A program made the position numbers and the translations under genes. From Prevotella sp. (GTDB taxonomy: Bacteria; Bacteroidota; Bacteroidia; Bacteroidales; Dysgonomonadaceae), in NCBI GenBank assembly GCA_031285625.1, contig JAITVV010000090.1:1-35246 (forward strand): a stretch of 35,246 bases of DNA. The letters run 5' to 3'. Below are positions 18,227 through 29,181 of this stretch, piece by piece. The first letter of the stretch is position 1; each line of letters starts with the position of its first letter. Under the pieces are notes generated by a model that saw only the letters and a program-made list of their open reading frames with translations, did no database searches and was not told where the DNA came from.

Positions 18227-21200
18227 ATGTCGACTAAATCTATACTAGCCAGATCTATACTGCCTTTCATACTCTTCTGCTTTTATCTAACTGTATCAGC
18301 TCGTAATGATATTTACTTTTATCGATTAGGAGCAAAAGACGGATTGTCTCAAGTGAGCATCATGTCTATATATCAGGATGAGTTTGGGGCTATATGGTTT
18401 GGTTCAACAGAAGGATTGAATAGATATAATGGACGAGAGATAGAAGTATTCAGACCTGATAGAAAGGGCGAAGGACTCTCGCAGAATACGATATACGAAA
18501 TATGTGGAAATCAACAAGGAGCGATCTATCTACGTTGCGATAGAGATCTGGTACGCTATGATATTCATACGCAGAAGTTTGAAAACATACAACGGGGAGG
18601 AGTTATGTCTATTACTTATGCACACGGTAAACTATGGGTCGCTGTGAAGAACAAGATATTGCAATATGATGAGCAGTCGAAACTATTTAAGGAATACGCT
18701 ATTCTCAATGATATTAAAGCTGGTATTACTTCCATATATTGCGATAAAGACGGATCTATATGGATAGGTACTTTTTCCGGATTGTATTTTATCTCTGATA
18801 AAAGCCAGAAAGAGCAAAAATGTATTAAGGATAAGATATATGTCAATCGGATTTATCAAGACCGAAAAGATAATCTATGGATCGGAACTTTCTATGATGG
18901 CGTTTATGTAACGGACCCTTCGGGAAATATTGAGGCTAATTATACTCATCTGGATGCGACTAATTCCATATCTAATAATCAGATAAGGAGTTTCACTGAA
19001 GATAATTCCGGTAATATATGGGTGGCTACGTTTTATGGTTTAAGTAAGTTCAGTCCTGATACTAAAGAGTGGAAACAGTATGTTAGCAATGATAATGTTT
19101 CGCACAGCCTTAGCCATTCTTCTGTATTTTCTTTATATAAGGATAAGCAGGGTACTATATGGGTTGGTACATATTTTGGCGGAGTTAATTATTTCAATCC
19201 TGATACGGATATCTTTCGTTTTTATGAGCCGAATTCTATAATCACAAGTAATTTAAGTTTCCCGTATGTAGGGAGGATGATAGAGGATAAATATAATAAT
19301 CTTTGGGTTTGTACAGAAGGGGGGGGATTAAATTGTTTAAATCTGAAAACCCGGGAGTTTTCTCGTTATTTGATTAATAAATCCGATTCGGAATCTCTTA
19401 TCGGATATAACCAGAAAGCTATATGGTATAATGAGAAAAAAGATCTGCTTTATATTGGCATGCATAAAAGAGGGTTGGTTATATTCGATGTGAAGACAAA
19501 AACATTCAGAGTGCTCAGAGAAAATAATAGACCCGGATCGTTACCGAGTAATACTGTCAATAAGATTCAGTATTACGATGGTGCACTCTATTTATTGACA
19601 CAGTCGGGTTTGGTAAAAATGGATATCGATACCGAACAGTTTTACCCGGTGAGTGATAATCCGGTTACACAAAAAGCAATATCTGGAATCGGACTTAGTG
19701 CATTTCTTATTGATAGTAAAGATCGTTTGTGGGGTTCGGTTAATGGTGGTCTTAGATCCATAAACTTGAAAACCGGAAAAGTAAAGGATTATTTTTATGA
19801 TGAGTCGAACGAAAGGTCGATCGGGCGCTTTGACATTGAAAGCATATTTGAAAGCAGCAAAGGCGAATTGTTCTTTGCTACAATGGGTTCGGGTATTTAT
19901 AAATACAATCCGGAAACAGACGATTTTGATAATTATACGGAAGAGAAGAATGGATTACTGAACAATTATTGTTATGATATATCAGAAGCTCCGTCGGGTA
20001 AGCTTATATTATTACATAACAGAGGCTTTGCTTTATTTGATCCTGCAAATCCGGATGGGGATTTATTTATATCTTCCCCTAGTTTTCCTATCGTGGGCTT
20101 CAATATCGGTAACTCCAGCTATGTAACGCGGGACAAAGAAATATTTATTGGAGGAATAAATGGACTGGTATCTTTTGTTGAGGGAGATCTTGATAAAGTT
20201 GATAAAGGTTATTCTCTTTTTTTTGATAAGTTATTTATAAATAATCAACAGGTTTTACCCGGTGACAAGTCCGGTATACTGAAAGAAACATTGCCTCTTT
20301 GTTCGGAAATCGACTTAAAATATAATCAGAATAATATTACTATCGAGTTTGCAACATCTAACTATTTGCGAACGAAGACTCATGAGTACGAGTACAAGCT
20401 GGAAGGTTTTGATCAGGATTGGTTATCGACAAGGATGAGGTCTATTTCGTATACTAACTTGAATACAGGGACTTATACATTGCTTGTTCGTGAAATATCG
20501 CAGCAGGGAGGAAGAGAAGGAAAAGTATATTCTCTGAACATCAATATTCATCCGCCATTTTATTTGACTACGGTTGCTTTTATCATATACGGTATATTGA
20601 TATTGTTAGCCATAGTTGGTTTTTTTAGATTTTATCTGTGGCGAACGAAAATGGAAACAACTTTGGAGTTTGAACGTAAAGATAAAGAGCGAATAGAAGA
20701 ACTAAACCGCACCAAGTTAAGATTTTTCATAAGTGTGTCTCACGAATTCAGAACACCTCTCACGTTGATTAAAGGACAAGTAGAAACACTTCTCCTGCAA
20801 GGAGATTTAAGTTCGAAATTGCATAATAAACTTGCTAAGATTCTTAAGAATACCAACCATTTGCAAAATCTTATTTCAGAACTTCTTGATTTCAGAAAGC
20901 AAGAACAAGGGTTTTATAAATTAAACATTAAGTGTGTCGAACTTATAGCCTATATGAAAGAAATATACAGTTCATTCGAAGACTATGCTGTAAAAAGACA
21001 AATAAAATACAAGTTAGAGTATTCAGATCAAGAAATCCATATTTATATAGATCCGGTACATTTTCAAAAAGCGATCTATAACCTTCTTTCAAATGCTTTT
21101 AAATATACTTCTCCCGGAGGAGAAATTACACTAAAAGTTAAATTGCAGAAGGCGGATGTCCTTATTCAAATAATAGACAACGGAATAGGTATTCCTCCGG

Positions 21201-22279
21201 AATCATTAAATAAAGTGTTTGAACGGTTTTATCAATTAGAATACAGGTCTTCAGGGCTTACATTAGGCACAGGTATTGGCCTTGCTCTTACTAAAGAGAT
21301 TGTCAATAGCCATAAAGGAGGTATTTCGGTAGAAAGTATGGTGAATGAGGGCAGTGTTTTCACTATAGCTCTTAAATTAGGGACATCCCACTTTTCGGAG
21401 GAAGAACTTAATCATAATAATGTAAATAAAGATGTAAAGGCTATAGATATGCCTGTCTATGAGGGAGAAGATGATGTGCTGATTGAGGAAAATATCACGA
21501 TAAACAGGGAAAAACCTGTGATATTATTGGTTGATGACAACGAGTCATTATTAGAAATGCTTACAGACTCATTTGCCCCATATTATAATGTATATACCGC
21601 AATAAATGGTAGAGAGGGGTTGGATATGATATATAAGGTACAACCTGACTTGGTTATAAGTGATATAATGATGCCGGAAGTTTCGGGAAAAGAGCTGTGC
21701 TACAAAATGAAAAATAATGTTGATACGGCGCATATTCCGATTGTACTTCTAACAGCTCAAACTTCCGACAACCAGATTATTGATGGATATATTTTTGGTG
21801 CTGATGCCTATATTACAAAGCCATTCAATATAAAAATGCTGATTACGCGTTGTAATAACCTGATAAAAAACAGGCTGATCCTTTATAAAAAATTTGCTAA
21901 TAAGGAAGAGATTGTAATGCCGTTTGATACTCTTGCGGAACAGGATCAAGTGCTGATGGACAGAGCTGTAAAGGTTATTAAGGGAAACTTTAATAATCCT
22001 GAATTCGATATGAACAAGCTGGCTATCGAACTCGGTATGGGGCGGAGTAAGCTATATATGAAAATTAAAGAAATTACAGGTTTTACTCCAAACGAGCTGA
22101 CTCTTAATCTTAAGTTGCAAGAGGCGGCCAGTATGCTGGACAATAAGCACCATATGAATATTTCCGAGATTGCATTCGAACTTGGTTTCTCGTCAACAAA
22201 ATATTTTACAAAATGCTTTAAAACCTTCTATGCCATGGTGCCTCAGGATTGGAGAAGGAGAAATAAACCTAAAGAATAA
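18227..22279 (+). CDS. Hybrid two-component system sensor kinase/response regulator (AraC-type output)
   Basis: Periplasmic Reg_prop beta-propeller repeats, Y_Y_Y domain, transmembrane helix, HisKA SHEFRTPL, HATPase (NLLSNAFKY, GTGIGL), receiver SDIMMP and a C-terminal AraC HTH. Confidence 0.96.
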   Translation: MSTKSILARSILPFILFCFYLTVSARNDIYFYRLGAKDGLSQVSIMSIYQDEFGAIWFGSTEGLNRYNGREIEVFRPDRKGEGLSQNTIYEICGNQQGAIYLRCDRDLVRYDIHTQKFENIQRGGVMSITYAHGKLWVAVKNKILQYDEQSKLFKEYAILNDIKAGITSIYCDKDGSIWIGTFSGLYFISDKSQKEQKCIKDKIYVNRIYQDRKDNLWIGTFYDGVYVTDPSGNIEANYTHLDATNSISNNQIRSFTEDNSGNIWVATFYGLSKFSPDTKEWKQYVSNDNVSHSLSHSSVFSLYKDKQGTIWVGTYFGGVNYFNPDTDIFRFYEPNSIITSNLSFPYVGRMIEDKYNNLWVCTEGGGLNCLNLKTREFSRYLINKSDSESLIGYNQKAIWYNEKKDLLYIGMHKRGLVIFDVKTKTFRVLRENNRPGSLPSNTVNKIQYYDGALYLLTQSGLVKMDIDTEQFYPVSDNPVTQKAISGIGLSAFLIDSKDRLWGSVNGGLRSINLKTGKVKDYFYDESNERSIGRFDIESIFESSKGELFFATMGSGIYKYNPETDDFDNYTEEKNGLLNNYCYDISEAPSGKLILLHNRGFALFDPANPDGDLFISSPSFPIVGFNIGNSSYVTRDKEIFIGGINGLVSFVEGDLDKVDKGYSLFFDKLFINNQQVLPGDKSGILKETLPLCSEIDLKYNQNNITIEFATSNYLRTKTHEYEYKLEGFDQDWLSTRMRSISYTNLNTGTYTLLVREISQQGGREGKVYSLNINIHPPFYLTTVAFIIYGILILLAIVGFFRFYLWRTKMETTLEFERKDKERIEELNRTKLRFFISVSHEFRTPLTLIKGQVETLLLQGDLSSKLHNKLAKILKNTNHLQNLISELLDFRKQEQGFYKLNIKCVELIAYMKEIYSSFEDYAVKRQIKYKLEYSDQEIHIYIDPVHFQKAIYNLLSNAFKYTSPGGEITLKVKLQKADVLIQIIDNGIGIPPESLNKVFERFYQLEYRSSGLTLGTGIGLALTKEIVNSHKGGISVESMVNEGSVFTIALKLGTSHFSEEELNHNNVNKDVKAIDMPVYEGEDDVLIEENITINREKPVILLVDDNESLLEMLTDSFAPYYNVYTAINGREGLDMIYKVQPDLVISDIMMPEVSGKELCYKMKNNVDTAHIPIVLLTAQTSDNQIIDGYIFGADAYITKPFNIKMLITRCNNLIKNRLILYKKFANKEEIVMPFDTLAEQDQVLMDRAVKVIKGNFNNPEFDMNKLAIELGMGRSKLYMKIKEITGFTPNELTLNLKLQEAASMLDNKHHMNISEIAFELGFSSTKYFTKCFKTFYAMVPQDWRRRNKPKE

Positions 22280-22370
22280 ACAGGGTATAAAAGATAAAGG
22301 AACCGCTTTCTCCCAACGCTTCCTTTACTATTGATCTGGTATCTAACCAGATAATAACCATAATCTATCT

Positions 22371-24653
22371 TTAATTTATTCCAAAGGTATTTTGTTCTGA
22401 TTTAAGATGTTTTACTGGTTTTGGAAATATGGTTTTTAATGTTTTATCTATTATTTGTACGATATCCCCCTCTTTTGTTTTTATTTCAAGTAATCCGGTC
22501 GACTTGTCGATTACTGAAAAATGAACTTTGCCACCGCCTATCTTATAAATACTGAGATTATCCGTATTCATAGCTGTTTGTATGCGGCACAAACCTCCTT
22601 TTTCACTTTTTATCTGTATAAATACTGTTTTTCCTCCTTCGCGTGATGCACTTACAAGAAAGGCGCCTTCTGTTCTGAAATTTATAAAAGATGCCTGAGG
22701 CCAATCTGTCGGTACGGCAGGAAAGATTCTTATTTTGCCATTCCATACTTGCAGGTAGAGATCCTGTAACGATGCAGCTCCTGCTAAAGGTGTTTCTATG
22801 ACGGGTCCTGTCTCTTTATACAGAGTGTTTGGCTGGATATATTTATCAATCAGCTTTTGTAATTGGATAACAGCCCTTTCTCCGTCACCCATCATCGAGT
22901 ACATAGACGATGAACCTGTAAATGAATATCCTTGCAGATAGCTGGGCATACCTTGCCAGTGAGCGATACTTTTAGAAATAAGCGCCCTATTCTCGGGCTG
23001 ATCCCAATTAATCAAATAAAGAGGATAGATCATCATCAGATGAGAATAATGCCGGTGAGAACCGGTTAGGTTGACATCTTCACCAATCATAAATCCTTTC
23101 TCAGAATCAGTGGGATAATTTACCAGATTGCCTTTAAAATCTTCCCAAACAGAAGCTTTTTGGTCATTTAACTTGTAAGCCTCATTTATGTCCAATAAAG
23201 TTTTCAGTCCCCATTGAAGTAAAGCCAGGTCGTAGTTACAGTCTTTCGCTGTTTTATATTCAGGAGAAGCAGTTTCCGGTAAATGATACTTTCCATCTTC
23301 TCTTTTTTCTTTTATATGCTCATAGTATGCTATGCTTTTCTTCAACAAAGGATAGAATTTTTTTAACAGTTCGTTTTCATCGTACAGGTACATGCAATAC
23401 TGGTAATAATAGTATAGTATCCAGGTCAGATTGCCTACCTCGTACACCGGTTTATTATTGATGTCAAGCCGTGAATATAAATGATAACTCGTACTCCGTC
23501 CCATGACTATAGCATCTTTTCTCCATTCTTCAACCGATACATTTTCAGACAGATGCTCCAAATTATCATTTAATGATTTCCATAGAGTCTCAGACATCTC
23601 TGTCCGGTTAGCCGTAAACAATGGAGAATAGGTTAATTGAACATTGAGGTTCATCCAGATTGCAGGCCATGGCGTCTTCTCCATTGCCCAAGGTCCCTGA
23701 AGGTCTATAATATACTTGTCAGGACGAGTCAGGCAACCCAGTTTGTATTGCTGTATCCAATAGAAACTTTCTATCTTTGTGTTCCCGAAGGAAGCAAAGC
23801 TGGCGGGATAGTATGCATGCCACCATTGCTTATGACTGTTCTCCAGTGACGAGGATGCCTCCTTTGTAGCACTGTCAATAGTTTCTTTAGCCTTGCTTAT
23901 AGCTAATTCTTCTGTATTTTCGTGGGTGATGGTTATCGTTATGCGTCGCGAGCTGCCTTTCTTTATTTCTTGCCAGGCCACAACATACGTCTTTCCTCCT
24001 TTCAGATTCTGTACAGACAATTTGTACTCTCCATCCGTATATATTTTCACATCCGGATTTGGATTGTCTATATATTCCTGAGGATAATCTTTATTTCCGA
24101 ATGTATAGCGTGGACTTATGGCTTTTGAAGCGTTCCAGTCCCATTGAAAAACAGTCTCTTTTCCTTCTGTATCCGTTTCTAATACGATAATATCTCTGGT
24201 TGAATGTACATAGCTTTTGAAAGAGATCTTCCCTTTATCCGTTGTAATGGCACCCGTAGTGGTTGCATCCCACAAATTAAGCCTCATATTTTCGGAGAGA
24301 ACTGTTCCAACAGGCTTTATCAGGAAATATCCGATAGGCAGTCTTGCTCCGTCATACAGATTCCTGTACTGTGATTTATCGGCCGGCATTCTGCCTTCAG
24401 TTACATCCACTCTACCTATATGGAATTTATAATTGTCTCCTTCTTTATATATGCTGTTTCCTAAAAGCCCATTTCCCATTATAGCCCCTGCATAGTAGTC
24501 CGGAGTTATTTTATTCCAGACTAAATCATGTTGATTAAAAAATACCTCCCAATTTATATCTTGAGGTGTAATTGTCTTTTGTGCATGGAGTTCGTTAAAT
24601 AACCACATGGCTAAGAGAAGGATAATATAGGTTTTTAAAAAATTCTGTTTCAC
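22371..24653 (-). CDS. GH95-like glycoside hydrolase (alpha-L-fucosidase/L-galactosidase-related)
   Basis: GTG start, signal peptide, and motifs MGNGLLG, W.NLNVQLTY, SPEY, HRHYSHL and GPVIETP...GAFLVSA. Confidence 0.75.
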   Translation of the reverse strand: MKQNFLKTYIILLLAMWLFNELHAQKTITPQDINWEVFFNQHDLVWNKITPDYYAGAIMGNGLLGNSIYKEGDNYKFHIGRVDVTEGRMPADKSQYRNLYDGARLPIGYFLIKPVGTVLSENMRLNLWDATTTGAITTDKGKISFKSYVHSTRDIIVLETDTEGKETVFQWDWNASKAISPRYTFGNKDYPQEYIDNPNPDVKIYTDGEYKLSVQNLKGGKTYVVAWQEIKKGSSRRITITITHENTEELAISKAKETIDSATKEASSSLENSHKQWWHAYYPASFASFGNTKIESFYWIQQYKLGCLTRPDKYIIDLQGPWAMEKTPWPAIWMNLNVQLTYSPLFTANRTEMSETLWKSLNDNLEHLSENVSVEEWRKDAIVMGRSTSYHLYSRLDINNKPVYEVGNLTWILYYYYQYCMYLYDENELLKKFYPLLKKSIAYYEHIKEKREDGKYHLPETASPEYKTAKDCNYDLALLQWGLKTLLDINEAYKLNDQKASVWEDFKGNLVNYPTDSEKGFMIGEDVNLTGSHRHYSHLMMIYPLYLINWDQPENRALISKSIAHWQGMPSYLQGYSFTGSSSMYSMMGDGERAVIQLQKLIDKYIQPNTLYKETGPVIETPLAGAASLQDLYLQVWNGKIRIFPAVPTDWPQASFINFRTEGAFLVSASREGGKTVFIQIKSEKGGLCRIQTAMNTDNLSIYKIGGGKVHFSVIDKSTGLLEIKTKEGDIVQIIDKTLKTIFPKPVKHLKSEQNTFGIN

Positions 24654-24656
24654 AAC

Positions 24657-25910
24657 CTAGGACTTCTTATTGAGATTCTTATATCTGATCAGGGCTTCCA
24701 AGAAATAATAGTCAGCATAAACCAGTGGCTTGTCTATTTCTGACTTATGTGGTATACTGCCAACGCTATGCATTAACAAAAAGTCGGCATTAGCACCTAA
24801 TGGCGCTCTGTATGCAGGTGAGGCCAGATTGTGAAGCATTTTTATTGCATAATCGGTATACGATTGATTATTTGCGTATTCTGCCAACTCGAAGAGTGCT
24901 GAACACACAATAGCGGCGGCCGAAGCATCTCTTAAATCCCTGCCCGGAAATTCAACAGCATAAGATTTACCTTCAGGTATATATCCTTCCTGTCCTACAT
25001 TAAAGTCCCACAATGGAACAAGGTCCTCCGGCAGGTTTTTAAGATAGATATCTGTAGCTTTAATGGCGGCCTCCAAAAATTTCTGATCTTTTGTCTCACG
25101 GTATACCATTGTGAACCCATATATAGCCCATGCTTGTCCGCGCGACCAAGTAGAGTTGTCACTGAATCCCTGACAGGTTGCCTGATTGAGGACTTTACCT
25201 GTTATCGTGTCATAATCAACTACATGGTAGGTACTGAAATCCTCCCTGAAATGGTTTCTCAGTGTAGACTCGGAATGTTTTACAGCAATATCATAATATT
25301 TCTTATCACCACTCACTTTTGATGCATAAAAAAGCATTTCCAGGTTCATCATATTGTCTATGATTACAGGATAAAACCATTCTGTTGTATCATTCCAGTT
25401 TTTCCGGTAATTCCACGACTTGATCGTCTGTGTTTTTTCACTGAAACGCGAAGAAAGAGAATTAGCGCTTTCTATCAGGATCTCTTTATATCCCGGCTTC
25501 GGGTCTAACCTTTCGGCATTACCATAGCTGCAATACATCATGAAACCCAGGTCATGGTGTCCGGTAAATGTTTTTAGCGGCTCCAGCGATGTAGTCCATT
25601 CTTCTGCTATGTCTCTCCATTTTGTTTCACCTGTAAGCTCGTACAAATACCATAGTGATCCCGGAAAAAATCCGGGAGTCCAGTCATACATACTTGTGAC
25701 AGCCAGTTCCCCGTTCCTGTTCATTGTCCGGGGATAATTATTTCCTGTAGGTTTTCCTACAACTTGTAACATCTTATCTGTCTGATCTGCGGCAAACGCC
25801 ACATTGTCTTTTATAAAATCTTCTTTTTCTTCTTGCTTATTCTGACAGGCTGCAACCAGCGGTATTATGGCAAATGTAAGAAAAAGCAGTTTAAAATTTC
25901 TCAAGTTCAT
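24657..25910 (-). CDS. GH88 unsaturated glucuronyl hydrolase (predicted lipoprotein)
   Basis: Lipobox LVAAC, plus WTPGFFPG, HDLGF, IIDNMMNL, QG.S..S.WSRGQAW, DASAAAI and YADYYFLEAL. Confidence 0.93.
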   Translation of the reverse strand: MNLRNFKLLFLTFAIIPLVAACQNKQEEKEDFIKDNVAFAADQTDKMLQVVGKPTGNNYPRTMNRNGELAVTSMYDWTPGFFPGSLWYLYELTGETKWRDIAEEWTTSLEPLKTFTGHHDLGFMMYCSYGNAERLDPKPGYKEILIESANSLSSRFSEKTQTIKSWNYRKNWNDTTEWFYPVIIDNMMNLEMLFYASKVSGDKKYYDIAVKHSESTLRNHFREDFSTYHVVDYDTITGKVLNQATCQGFSDNSTWSRGQAWAIYGFTMVYRETKDQKFLEAAIKATDIYLKNLPEDLVPLWDFNVGQEGYIPEGKSYAVEFPGRDLRDASAAAIVCSALFELAEYANNQSYTDYAIKMLHNLASPAYRAPLGANADFLLMHSVGSIPHKSEIDKPLVYADYYFLEALIRYKNLNKKS

Positions 25911-25913
25911 TTT

Positions 25914-27824
25914 TTAAGCTTTAATAAAAATTTTATATGTTCCCCTGTTATTTATTTTCTTTGCATTTAACGATATTCTGACTATTTCATCTCCCCATAC
26001 TCCCGATAGTCTGGTGTCATCGAGTTTTATCTTTTCTGATACCGGATCAAAGATGTTTTTATCATATATCAGTTGATATGTTTTGTTTTTTATTGTAATT
26101 TTTATCATGCCCGGCTGTGAAGTATCTACTTCCCCGTAGGTCATGAAATTTAATTGATTCGCTGTTTGAGCACTAATTATATCATAATTATCTTCTATTG
26201 TCAGGCCGTTTTTAGATAAATTGTAGTTACGTATCCATTTGTTTATTCCAGCTTCGATGGGATACGATTGTGAAATATCTAAAGAAAAAGTCTTTTTATT
26301 TTTATCAGCTTTAAGATCTCTGGCTCTGTATTTTTTACCAAAACTTTGAGAAAAGCCATTGATTCGCGGAAGGTTGTGATAGTCGCTTTGCATTGTCCAT
26401 ATTGTATACCGTTCGCTGCTGAAAGTTTTTCTTGTATATGTTCCTACTCCTGCATCTATTAATACAGGTTCGTTGTTTACATATAATGAAAATGTACCAA
26501 TGTCATTGTGATTATGGCTTTCGTCATTATATCCTCCTTTGGCGGCAAAGAAAAAATTACCTTCGCTCATGTAACAGAATTCAGTATCAGGATACCATGT
26601 GAAAGGTGTCGGGATATGTACCGGATTGAACTTGTCTATTTCCTTCTCGGATGATAAATCGGCTAAAATTCTGTACATATCGCGTGACAGAACTGTTTCT
26701 CTCGGATATTCCTTTTTCAGATAAGAGGCGAATTGTTCCATCTCCGTGCTTTTCACCATATTCCCGTAACGATATATCAACCGATAGTCGAAATCTCCTT
26801 TTGCTGAGGCATCGGCAAAATTTACGACCCATTTGTTTCCTACGTATGACCGTGATATATATTCACCCATATTCTTAATTACAGGATCTGAGAATATAGA
26901 TATTTTGCCATCGGTGGCATCATACAGTGCCTGTAAATAATCGTACATTTTACCGGCAGCATGACCCCAATAGGAAGGTCCTTCTTCACAAGCACCATCA
27001 TCGTGATTATAATTGATAAATTTATCGACAGAAACCATTGTCTTATATACCCCTCTGAGTAGGCGTTTCTTATCCTTTTCTACCAAAAGAAAGCATTGCA
27101 GTACGTTTGCATTACACCAGGGATTCCAGTTATTGACAAAGCCATTATCGGCTGTTACGTTGGAAGCCATCCACCAAAAACGAGTTTCGTTCAGATAGGG
27201 TGTTAATATGCGATTTTCTATTTCATAATGTAAACGTTCTGAAATGAGAGGGTTGATTTTGTCGAACTCTTTATTCAGGAAGTAATATATCCACGAAAAA
27301 GTTGCTCCTGTATCGCCTGAAACAAGTTCAATGACATGATCGCCGAGCTTAGGAAACGATCCTTCAACACGTTGTAGAGATAGGTGAGCCGATATAGCCC
27401 ATGATGTCATTTCACAAATATGGAAGATTCCGTTCGATAGTTGATCCATAAACCGCCCTTTTCCCTCGGCCATTTCTGCCACGAATAGAGCGGAAATAGC
27501 ATTCAGGTTGCTATTATGTATCTTTTCCAGGTCGCTTCTGTTACCCGTTCTCGTATACTCAAGATAGTCGGTTGCTTTAACCACTTTCCATTCGTAGTTA
27601 AGGAATTTTTCTCCTTGCCCGATGAAGAAACTTCTATTTTCACCCATGAGCTGATTCCACCCGTTTCTGTCTGTATATTGAGGATAACGTACCCATTTTT
27701 GATCTGTTATGAGTACATTTTCCAGTTCTGCGGGATCGGCAGCCTTCTGGAGTAAATTCCGTTCTTTATACGCGTGAACAGATAGGCATATAAAGAGTAA
27801 ACAGAATGTTAATACCTTTCTCAT
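25914..27824 (-). CDS. Heparinase II/III-like polysaccharide lyase, most similar to PL33 (hyaluronan/chondroitin/gellan lyases)
   Basis: Motifs AEGKGRF.DQL.NG, NNWNPWCN, DGACEEGPSYWGHAAG and the Hepar_II_III motif KGGYN.ESHNHNDIG...DAG.GTY. The PL33 assignment rests on recalled similarity. Confidence 0.8.
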   Translation of the reverse strand: MRKVLTFCLLFICLSVHAYKERNLLQKAADPAELENVLITDQKWVRYPQYTDRNGWNQLMGENRSFFIGQGEKFLNYEWKVVKATDYLEYTRTGNRSDLEKIHNSNLNAISALFVAEMAEGKGRFMDQLSNGIFHICEMTSWAISAHLSLQRVEGSFPKLGDHVIELVSGDTGATFSWIYYFLNKEFDKINPLISERLHYEIENRILTPYLNETRFWWMASNVTADNGFVNNWNPWCNANVLQCFLLVEKDKKRLLRGVYKTMVSVDKFINYNHDDGACEEGPSYWGHAAGKMYDYLQALYDATDGKISIFSDPVIKNMGEYISRSYVGNKWVVNFADASAKGDFDYRLIYRYGNMVKSTEMEQFASYLKKEYPRETVLSRDMYRILADLSSEKEIDKFNPVHIPTPFTWYPDTEFCYMSEGNFFFAAKGGYNDESHNHNDIGTFSLYVNNEPVLIDAGVGTYTRKTFSSERYTIWTMQSDYHNLPRINGFSQSFGKKYRARDLKADKNKKTFSLDISQSYPIEAGINKWIRNYNLSKNGLTIEDNYDIISAQTANQLNFMTYGEVDTSQPGMIKITIKNKTYQLIYDKNIFDPVSEKIKLDDTRLSGVWGDEIVRISLNAKKINNRGTYKIFIKA

Positions 27825-27826
27825 GT

Positions 27827-29071
27827 TTATTGTTTTATTGATTCATGGTAATCCTTTAGAAATGGCTTGCCACTCCATGCTTTTTGAGAAGTCCACTCTT
27901 CGGCGGGAGAAGTCCAGAATTCATGGTCGGCAGGTAATCCTAACGGCAGGAATACCAAAGACGTGATATATAAGCTTCCGGCGTTTGTATAATAATCGGC
28001 AAGGTTAGGTTGGTGTCCTACAAATCCTAGTTGCAGGTATCCCTCCTTATTGTAATTGTCTTCATTGGAGAACATTCTCTTCATAACACTGGTCAGGGCA
28101 TTTCTTACCTGTCCGTTTGTCATGGTTTTTGGCAGACCATATTTCCATGCAGATAAAGACAGAGCCTGGAATGCCCCCATACGATAAGTCATAGAACGTC
28201 CTATTGCCGGAAAAGAGGCTTCGGGCGAGATCAATCGCTCTATTAATTGATTGTATCGTTGCATACGCCTGAGGGCCAAGTCAAATTTTACAGGGCTATA
28301 TATCTTCTTGTTCTCCATTACTTCAATTATTTCTACATACATCGGGTGCATTACATATCCGTTGTAGTAATCAAATGAATATTCGGGTCCGTCGGAATAC
28401 CATCCGTCGCCCAGATACCACTCATTCATTTTATGGATAGAGAGATCCAGTGCATACCCGTCATATTCTTCATCTATTGAAACCAAAAACGCTTCGATCA
28501 TAGCCCTGAAAAGCAGCCAATTATTATATGCGGGTCTTATCTTACGCAGGCTTTGAAATTCTTTTATATAGCGGTACTTAGTTACCTGATCGAGAGGTTC
28601 CCATAAAGCTTTTGGTGCACGGATAAAACTATTGGCTATATATGCGGCATCTACTAATACTTGGTTTGAACCTTTCCACAAAAGATAATCCGGATTATTA
28701 GGGTCTACTGCATTAGCATAGCTTTGTAGAGCCCATTCTCGTATTTGTTTTCTTTGTTTGCCTTCATTTGTATTATCATCCGCAAGATTGAGCCATGGGG
28801 CTATACCGGCTATCAAACGACCGAAAGCTTCCATGTAAGCCACGTCTTTATTGCGTCCGTCCCATGTAGGACTGTATTCTACAACCATGTTTTTCTTCAA
28901 TTCACCTTTACTCATATTGCTAAGTACGGGTGCCGACATTTTATATAGCTGGCTTACCCAATAATCTCTATCATTTGCTGAAACCGTATTCTTTCTGTTT
29001 TGTGAAAAAATACCGGTACTGATGCATAAGCATAAGATTAGAATTAAAAATTTCCGGATATTAGATTTCAT
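27827..29071 (-). CDS. DUF2264 family protein (GH154 beta-glucuronidase-like)
   Basis: Signal peptide, and motifs EAFGRL.AG.APWL, NNWLLF, GDGWYSDG..F.DYYN, GRSMTYR and YTN.GSLY. Confidence 0.85.
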   Translation of the reverse strand: MKSNIRKFLILILCLCISTGIFSQNRKNTVSANDRDYWVSQLYKMSAPVLSNMSKGELKKNMVVEYSPTWDGRNKDVAYMEAFGRLIAGIAPWLNLADDNTNEGKQRKQIREWALQSYANAVDPNNPDYLLWKGSNQVLVDAAYIANSFIRAPKALWEPLDQVTKYRYIKEFQSLRKIRPAYNNWLLFRAMIEAFLVSIDEEYDGYALDLSIHKMNEWYLGDGWYSDGPEYSFDYYNGYVMHPMYVEIIEVMENKKIYSPVKFDLALRRMQRYNQLIERLISPEASFPAIGRSMTYRMGAFQALSLSAWKYGLPKTMTNGQVRNALTSVMKRMFSNEDNYNKEGYLQLGFVGHQPNLADYYTNAGSLYITSLVFLPLGLPADHEFWTSPAEEWTSQKAWSGKPFLKDYHESIKQ

Positions 29072-29181
29072 AGTGTTCTATTTTTGATAATTAGTGTGAT
29101 TATATTCCTTAAAAATATGGCTTTTTAATTAAAAAAAAGCGATTAAAGACTATTAACCATTAGGTATATCTACTCTTGATG

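Noticed and set aside
19319-19326. G8 tract in the HTCS gene as a phase-variation switch
   Set aside because: It encodes the conserved TEGGG propeller motif, the frame is intact and the tract is short. There is no evidence of slippage without reads.
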